A stretch of DNA of 64,000 bases from assembly GCA_039794085.1 (NCBI GenBank), contig JBDIWC010000010.1:29210-93209 (forward strand). The letters run 5' to 3'. A program made the position numbers and the translations under genes. This DNA is from Gemmatimonadales bacterium. GTDB taxonomy: Bacteria; Gemmatimonadota; Gemmatimonadetes; Gemmatimonadales; GWC2-71-9. Shown here piece by piece: positions 60,910 to 64,000 of the stretch (the stretch's first letter is position 1; every line of letters starts with the position of its first letter). The notes below the pieces were generated by a model that was not told where the DNA came from, made no database searches, and worked only from the letters and a program-made list of their open reading frames with translations.

Positions 60910-61575
60910 ATGACAGCCACGGTTGGAGTGCGTATGGAGCAGGCGACAGCAGCGGGAACCGGGGGAACGGCCATCGAGTGGATGGAGCGGCATCGGCGGA
61001 CGCTCGGCATCGGCGCGGGCGCGATCGTGGTCCTGGTTCTGGTCATCTGGTTTGCCGTGGCGAGCGGGAAGCGGAAGGAAGCTTTTGCGCTGCAGGCCCT
61101 CGAGAGGGCGAGGGTGGCCATGGATGCCGGCAACCTCCCCCTCGCCCAGAACGAGCTTCAGCGGGTGATCGACACCTACCGGGGCACCGACGCGGCCCTG
61201 CACGCCACGCTCTCCCTCAATGTGGTGCGAATGCAGAGCAACCAGCACGAGCTGGCGTCCCGGGACCTGCAGGCGCTGCTCGACCAGGTCTCTTCGGGTC
61301 CGGTGGCCGCCCGGGCCGCCCAGTTGCTCGGTATCTCCCTCGAAAACCAGGGAAAATTCGCCGAGGCGGCGGATGCCTTTGAGCAATCCTCCCGGCTCAG
61401 CACCCTGACGTTCGAGAAGGCCGACGCCCTGCTGAACGTGGCGCGTGCCCGAGCCACCGCGGGCGACACCGCCGCTGCTGTGGCGGCGCTGGAACGGATC
61501 CTCAGCGACTATCCGGAGAGCGCCGCGGTGACCGAAGCGAAGATCCGCCTGGGGGAGCTCGCACCCATCAAATGA
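60910..61575 (+). CDS. Membrane-anchored TPR protein (YfgM-like)
   Basis: Single TM followed by TPR helices; SD GAGGA. Confidence 0.78.
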   Translation: MTATVGVRMEQATAAGTGGTAIEWMERHRRTLGIGAGAIVVLVLVIWFAVASGKRKEAFALQALERARVAMDAGNLPLAQNELQRVIDTYRGTDAALHATLSLNVVRMQSNQHELASRDLQALLDQVSSGPVAARAAQLLGISLENQGKFAEAADAFEQSSRLSTLTFEKADALLNVARARATAGDTAAAVAALERILSDYPESAAVTEAKIRLGELAPIK

Positions 61576-61751
61576 AGTTCGAAGTTTGAAGTTTGGAAGT
61601 TTGAAGTAGGGGCATCTCGTGCGCAGGTAGTCATCCCGAGTCGGCAGGCGAGGGATCTGAGAACGTCGAAGTGACTTCCCTTTGTCCGGACTCCAGTGTC
61701 GGCTGTGGAACCGGCCCAGCTTCCGCCTTCGAACTTCAGACTTCAAACTTC
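61574..61751. repeat. Composite repeat: heptamer brackets around a palindrome
   Basis: Forward heptamers 61574-61607, GTCATCCCGAG...GCGAGGGATCT 61630-61658, reverse heptamers about 61724-61751. Confidence 0.82.
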
Positions 61752-61753
61752 TC

Positions 61754-61781
61754 TTGACACATGCATGCATGCATGTAGTTT
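61754..61781 (+). promoter_or_regulatory. TA promoter with palindromic operator
   Basis: TTGACA 61754-61759, perfect palindrome ACATGCATGCATGCATGT 61759-61776, TAGTTT 61776-61781. Confidence 0.7.
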
Positions 61782-61788
61782 TTCATTC

Positions 61789-62028
61789 ATGAGAACAACG
61801 ATTGAACTCTCCGACGAACTCCGGGTGGAACTTCTGGCCCTCGCCGCGCGACGGGGCGAGAAAGGGTTTTCCCGCATCGTCCAGGAAGCGGTGGTTCGTT
61901 ACCTTGCCGAAACGGATGAGCGCGCTGGGCAGAAAGCGCGGGCCAGGGCAGCCGTGGGATCGCTCAGCGAGGCGGAGGCGGACGCGCTCGCGGACCACGC
62001 CGCTGCACTGAGACGGCAGTGGCGCTGA
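61789..62028 (+). CDS. vapB: Ribbon-helix-helix antitoxin (VapB-like)
   Basis: MRTTIELSDE RHH start; overlaps PIN gene. Confidence 0.8.
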   Translation: MRTTIELSDELRVELLALAARRGEKGFSRIVQEAVVRYLAETDERAGQKARARAAVGSLSEAEADALADHAAALRRQWR

Positions 62029-62411
62029 TCGTCGCGGATACCGACGTCCTGATCGACACCCTCCGCGGACGGGAACCGATCGCCTCCCGGGTCATCGGCG
62101 CTCTCGAGGCCAATCAACTGGTGACGACCGCCATCTCCGCCTTCGAACTCTGGAGCGGCGCCACCTCGTCGCGGGCAAGCGAGGAGGTGGCCGCGTTGCT
62201 CGCTCCGGTGGGACTGTTGCCGGTGGATCAGCCCGCTGCGCGGGCGGCCGCTGAAATCCTGCTAACCCTGAGAGGGGCTGGACAGTCGATCGGGATGGCC
62301 GACTCTCTGATCGCCGGTATCTGCGTGGCTCGCGGGGCTTCGCTGTTCACCCGAAACGTGAAGCACTTCAGTCGGGTTCAGGGGCTTGTGTTGTCGACCT
62401 CTGAGGTGTGA
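62019..62411 (+). CDS. vapC: PIN-domain toxin VapC
   Basis: DTDVLID, FEL, DSLIAGI, TRNVKHF. Confidence 0.9.
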   Translation: MALIVADTDVLIDTLRGREPIASRVIGALEANQLVTTAISAFELWSGATSSRASEEVAALLAPVGLLPVDQPAARAAAEILLTLRGAGQSIGMADSLIAGICVARGASLFTRNVKHFSRVQGLVLSTSEV

Positions 62412-63634
62412 AGGGCCGCATCCGGGAGGAAGACCAGACGGTGGATGCGACGGCCGTCCATGTCGACCACCCGGAGGGTGCCTCCGTCGACGGTCACCTC
62501 GTCGCCCGCAACGGGCATCCGTCCGAGTCGCCCGAAGACGAATCCGCCGATCGAGTCACAGTCCTCCTCCGGCAGTGACAGGTGCAGGCGGGCGTTCACA
62601 TCCCCGATGGGCACCGAACCACTGATCTGGACCGTAGCATCCGGGGTGTCAACAAACTCCGGGGGCTCCTGCTCATGCTCGTCGTGAATCTCACCCACGA
62701 TCTCCTCGATGAGATCCTCGAGGGTCACCAGTCCCGCCGTGCCCCCGTACTCGTCGAGCACAATGGCCATCTTGATCCGGTGTTGCCGCATCTGCCGCAG
62801 GGCGTCCTCCACCGGCTTTGTGGCCGGGACAAAGGTCGGCTCGCGCATGATCTTCCCGATCTCGGTCTCGCCGACCCGCGCCGCACCCCAGAGATCCCGG
62901 GCCAGCAGCACGCCGACCACCTCATCGATGGTTCCCAGATACACCGGCAGTCGGAGGCGACCCTCCCGGAGCATGATGTGCTGGGCCTCATCCACACCGG
63001 CTTCGATCGGCACGGCCACGACCTGCGTGCGCGGGGTCATGACCTGGCCGACATTCACGGCGTTCAGGTTCATGACGTTGGTCAGGACCTCCCACTCCAC
63101 CTGATCGATCGTGCCCTCCCGGCGACTGATCTCCGCCAGCACCTCGAGCTCCGCGCGGCTCACGGTGGAGCCCTGGACTCGTCTGGGGGTGATGAGCCGG
63201 TTGAGGAATGCGAGCGGGATCAGCACCGGCTTCATCACCCAAATCATGCCGCGAAGCACCCAGGCGGAGAACGGCGCGAGTTTCTTCCAGTAGGTTGCCC
63301 CGATCGTTTTCGGCAGGATCTCCGAGAAGACCAGGATGAGGAACGTCAGGACCACGGAGAAAAGGGCCACCCAGCGGTTGCCGAAGAGTTCCAGGGCGAT
63401 CGCCCCGCCCATGGCCGCACCGATCGTGTGGGCGATCGTGTTGAGCGTGAGTATCGCCGCGATCGGCTCCTCGATGTTGCGGCGCATAGCAGCGAGAAGG
63501 TTGCCGGCCGGGTGCCTCCGCTCCTGAAGGACCCCGACATAGGAATGCGTGATCGACAGGAGAACGGCCTCGAGAATGGAGCACAGGAAGGAAATCGCCA
63601 GGGAGATTCCCACGACGAGGAGCAAGATGGTCAT
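62378..63634 (-). CDS. CNNM/DUF21-CBS-CorC hemolysin-family membrane protein
   Basis: SILEAVLLS, SEILPKTIG, VMTPR, VLDEYGGTAGLVTLEDLIEEIVGEIHDEH. Confidence 0.92.
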   Translation of the reverse strand: MTILLLVVGISLAISFLCSILEAVLLSITHSYVGVLQERRHPAGNLLAAMRRNIEEPIAAILTLNTIAHTIGAAMGGAIALELFGNRWVALFSVVLTFLILVFSEILPKTIGATYWKKLAPFSAWVLRGMIWVMKPVLIPLAFLNRLITPRRVQGSTVSRAELEVLAEISRREGTIDQVEWEVLTNVMNLNAVNVGQVMTPRTQVVAVPIEAGVDEAQHIMLREGRLRLPVYLGTIDEVVGVLLARDLWGAARVGETEIGKIMREPTFVPATKPVEDALRQMRQHRIKMAIVLDEYGGTAGLVTLEDLIEEIVGEIHDEHEQEPPEFVDTPDATVQISGSVPIGDVNARLHLSLPEEDCDSIGGFVFGRLGRMPVAGDEVTVDGGTLRVVDMDGRRIHRLVFLPDAALHTSEVDNTSP

Positions 63635-63722
63635 GATGTGGTCAGACGGTGCATCCGGGGAAGAATAGCGAGGGAGAAGGTCAAGTCGGTATCCCTGGGG
63701 GGGCCCTCTGGTTCTGTTCACA

Positions 63723-63750
63723 ATGACGTATAAGATGTATTATGTTAAGT
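63723..63750 (+). other. dif: XerC/XerD dif-like recombination site
   Basis: ATGACGTATAA-GATGTA-TTATGTTAAGT, an 11-6-11 layout; right arm differs by 1 nt from E. coli TTATGTTAAAT. Confidence 0.8.
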
Positions 63751-63879
63751 AACCGTCAGGCCTCAGGTGGATAAGTGTTGGTAACTACCTGCAAATCAAT
63801 TGTTTAGGGTGTTGTGAAGAAAGTTCGGTCCGTCCCCTCTTACACGGCCCAGGCCAGAATGGCCCCTACTTCGAACTTC

Positions 63880-64000
63880 GGTTCTTCTCCAATTTAGGTG
63901 CAGGATCGGCCCGGGAACGCCTGCTTGACCCTGGGGGCGAAGTAGTCCGGATGGTGGAATCCGTCCGCTTTGCGCGTGATCGCCTGGATGCGGGTGTTCA
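63880..64000 (-). mobile_element. ISL3-family remnant: transposase C-terminus and terminal repeat, truncated by window edge
   Basis: NTRIQAITRKADGFHHPDYFAPRVKQAFPG..stop at 63894, end beginning GGTTCTTC at 63880. Confidence 0.65.

Noticed and set aside
63700..63840. Replication origin
   Set aside because: Only imperfect DnaA-box-like matches and no dnaA/dnaN context are present; the dif-like site argues for the terminus.

Overview
This 64 kb window is high-GC bacterial chromosome from a diderm. The gene set and order (mcsA-mcsB-clpC inside a lol/bam/lpx cluster, lpxC-fabZ fusion, bshC) suggest Gemmatimonadota, but that is an inference. 1-31.6 kb is a dense + strand housekeeping block: frameshifted prfB, lysS, lolE/D, mcsAB-clpC, bamA-skp-lpx cluster, gdhA, rlmH, a methyltransferase-bshC pair, murJ, uvrC, a thrC-like gene, ctaA, larC, a TPR gene and tRNA-Gly. 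31.7-37.4 kb holds a two-component system, a candidate structured RNA with a small ORF, and a lipoprotein. 37.4-49 kb is a decayed, mostly minus-strand island. It carries a DprA-like gene, an MNT-HEPN fusion, a RusA-like gene, truncated and duplicated hsdM, frameshifted rhuM, and micro-fragments resembling RecQ, DUF1016, IS110 and IS3. 49-64 kb has a kinase-M23-PLP fusion, der-plsY-gpsA, surE-pcm-dedA-apt, tRNA-Arg, vapBC, a CNNM gene, a strong XerCD dif-like site and an ISL3 remnant. The most striking non-genic signal is a modular family of intergenic repeats: heptamer brackets, nonamer tracts, and CGTC- and GTAG-tagged palindromes, one of which lies in frame inside hsdM. All protein family calls come from motif recognition by eye, with no database search.
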